From Basidiobolus meristosporus CBS 931.73 (lineage: Eukaryota > Fungi > Basidiobolomycota): 64,000 bases of DNA. Made by a program: the position numbers and the translations under genes. Where the stretch lies: positions 128,078 to 192,077 of the forward strand of contig MCFE01000063.1 in the NCBI GenBank assembly GCA_002104905.1, in the 5' to 3' direction. Positions 63,239-64,000 of this stretch are shown in pieces. The first letter of the stretch is position 1. Each line of letters begins with the position of its first letter. The notes below the pieces were generated by a model that saw only the letters and a list, made by a program, of their open reading frames with translations, was not told the origin of the DNA and searched no databases.

Positions 63239-64000
63239 ATGGCATTAGAAGCCAGCAGTTACAAGGAGCATTGGAAAAATTTTGGCGTTTACCTGGCAAC
63301 AGTGGCAGGTGTAACAAAACGCAGCTATTGCTTGATGACCATTACCCTGTCTATGAGATACTTGCTATTATATGGAGGGTATTCTGTTGAGCACTTTCAA
63401 GACAGCAAAATATCCCCGCCTTATGATGAGCATATAGCTGAAGAAACATCCGGCCGTGGAATACTCTATGAGCCCAGCTCAAAGGTTCAAATGATTCACC
63501 TTGCAGATCTACACGGTGATGAAGACATCACAGTGACAGTTCTCCCGACTCCAGACAACATATCAACTACAGAGGCAGCCAAAGGGGTGATTTTAATTGG
63601 CAACAGCTGTGCTAGTGACCACGAGAATCTCTACATATATGGTGGTTTTGAGCTGAGCCGTAGAGAATACTCAGGGCAACATGAAAGTGCCAAAAAACGG
63701 GGGAAAAAAGCGATACAAAGCAAGAGTGGGGAGACAATCAATAGAAGACTGAGCAAGCTGGAGGTAATCACGTACAAAGATGGCAATGGATGCTCCAGAG
63801 TATTGGAGACAAGGCCATTCTTGAATAATCCGGCAAATATGCCTTCAGCAAGAGGTTGGGCAGTTCTTACGTACGCATTTGATTGCTTATTCTTGCTGGG
63901 CGGCTATCCTACACCATTGGAACCACCTTATAACCCAACCAAATGGGAGTTTTTTAAACAGTTCTACTGTTTAAAATTGCGAACTGGTGATTGGGAAAGA
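63239..64000 (+). CDS. Kelch-like beta-propeller protein, 3'-incomplete (runs off the window)
   Basis: Manual translation gives 254 codons with no stop from ATG 63239; motifs YLLLYGGY, NLYIYGGF, PSARGWAVLTYAFDCLFLLGGY, FYCLKLRTGDWE. Absent from the ORF track because it has no stop codon in the window. Confidence 0.7.
   Translation, partial: MALEASSYKEHWKNFGVYLATVAGVTKRSYCLMTITLSMRYLLLYGGYSVEHFQDSKISPPYDEHIAEETSGRGILYEPSSKVQMIHLADLHGDEDITVTVLPTPDNISTTEAAKGVILIGNSCASDHENLYIYGGFELSRREYSGQHESAKKRGKKAIQSKSGETINRRLSKLEVITYKDGNGCSRVLETRPFLNNPANMPSARGWAVLTYAFDCLFLLGGYPTPLEPPYNPTKWEFFKQFYCLKLRTGDWER

Overview
Eukaryotic (fungal) genomic DNA: short 50-90 nt introns and fungal-type COX5, MGM101, KCH1, velvet and AA11 genes. 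By inference it is an early-diverging fungus, possibly Zoopagomycota-like; this cannot be proven from the window. Positions 1-57.4 kb are gene-dense with about 25 recognisable genes. Housekeeping genes: velvet factor, MGM101, KCH1-like, COX5, p24, NIF3, ALG12, HDHD5/CECR5, SLP1, PCP1 rhomboid, PRXL2A-like, PCNA, NUP170/157, alpha-arrestin, ECM15, glyoxalase II, TTP-type CCCH protein. Secreted or surface enzymes: two S1 serine proteases, a group XII PLA2-like protein, a PL14 lyase, two tandem AA11 LPMOs, a GDPD and a DUF1647 protein. Positions 57.6-64 kb are repeat-derived: almost CpG-free LINE fragments, a short twin-hairpin element, a 155-bp tandem array, decayed ORFs, and an intact Kelch-like ORF that runs off the window edge and is missing from the ORF track. 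Best leads: the Kelch ORF in mobile-element context; the near-identical catalytic core of otherwise diverged AA11 paralogs; the His-to-Lys PLA2-like protein; the prion-like/MIR-domain fusion; the Asn189 proteases; and repeat-specific CpG loss. No rRNA, tRNA or CRISPR array was recognised. All exon structures, coordinates and counts were derived by hand and may be off by a few bases.
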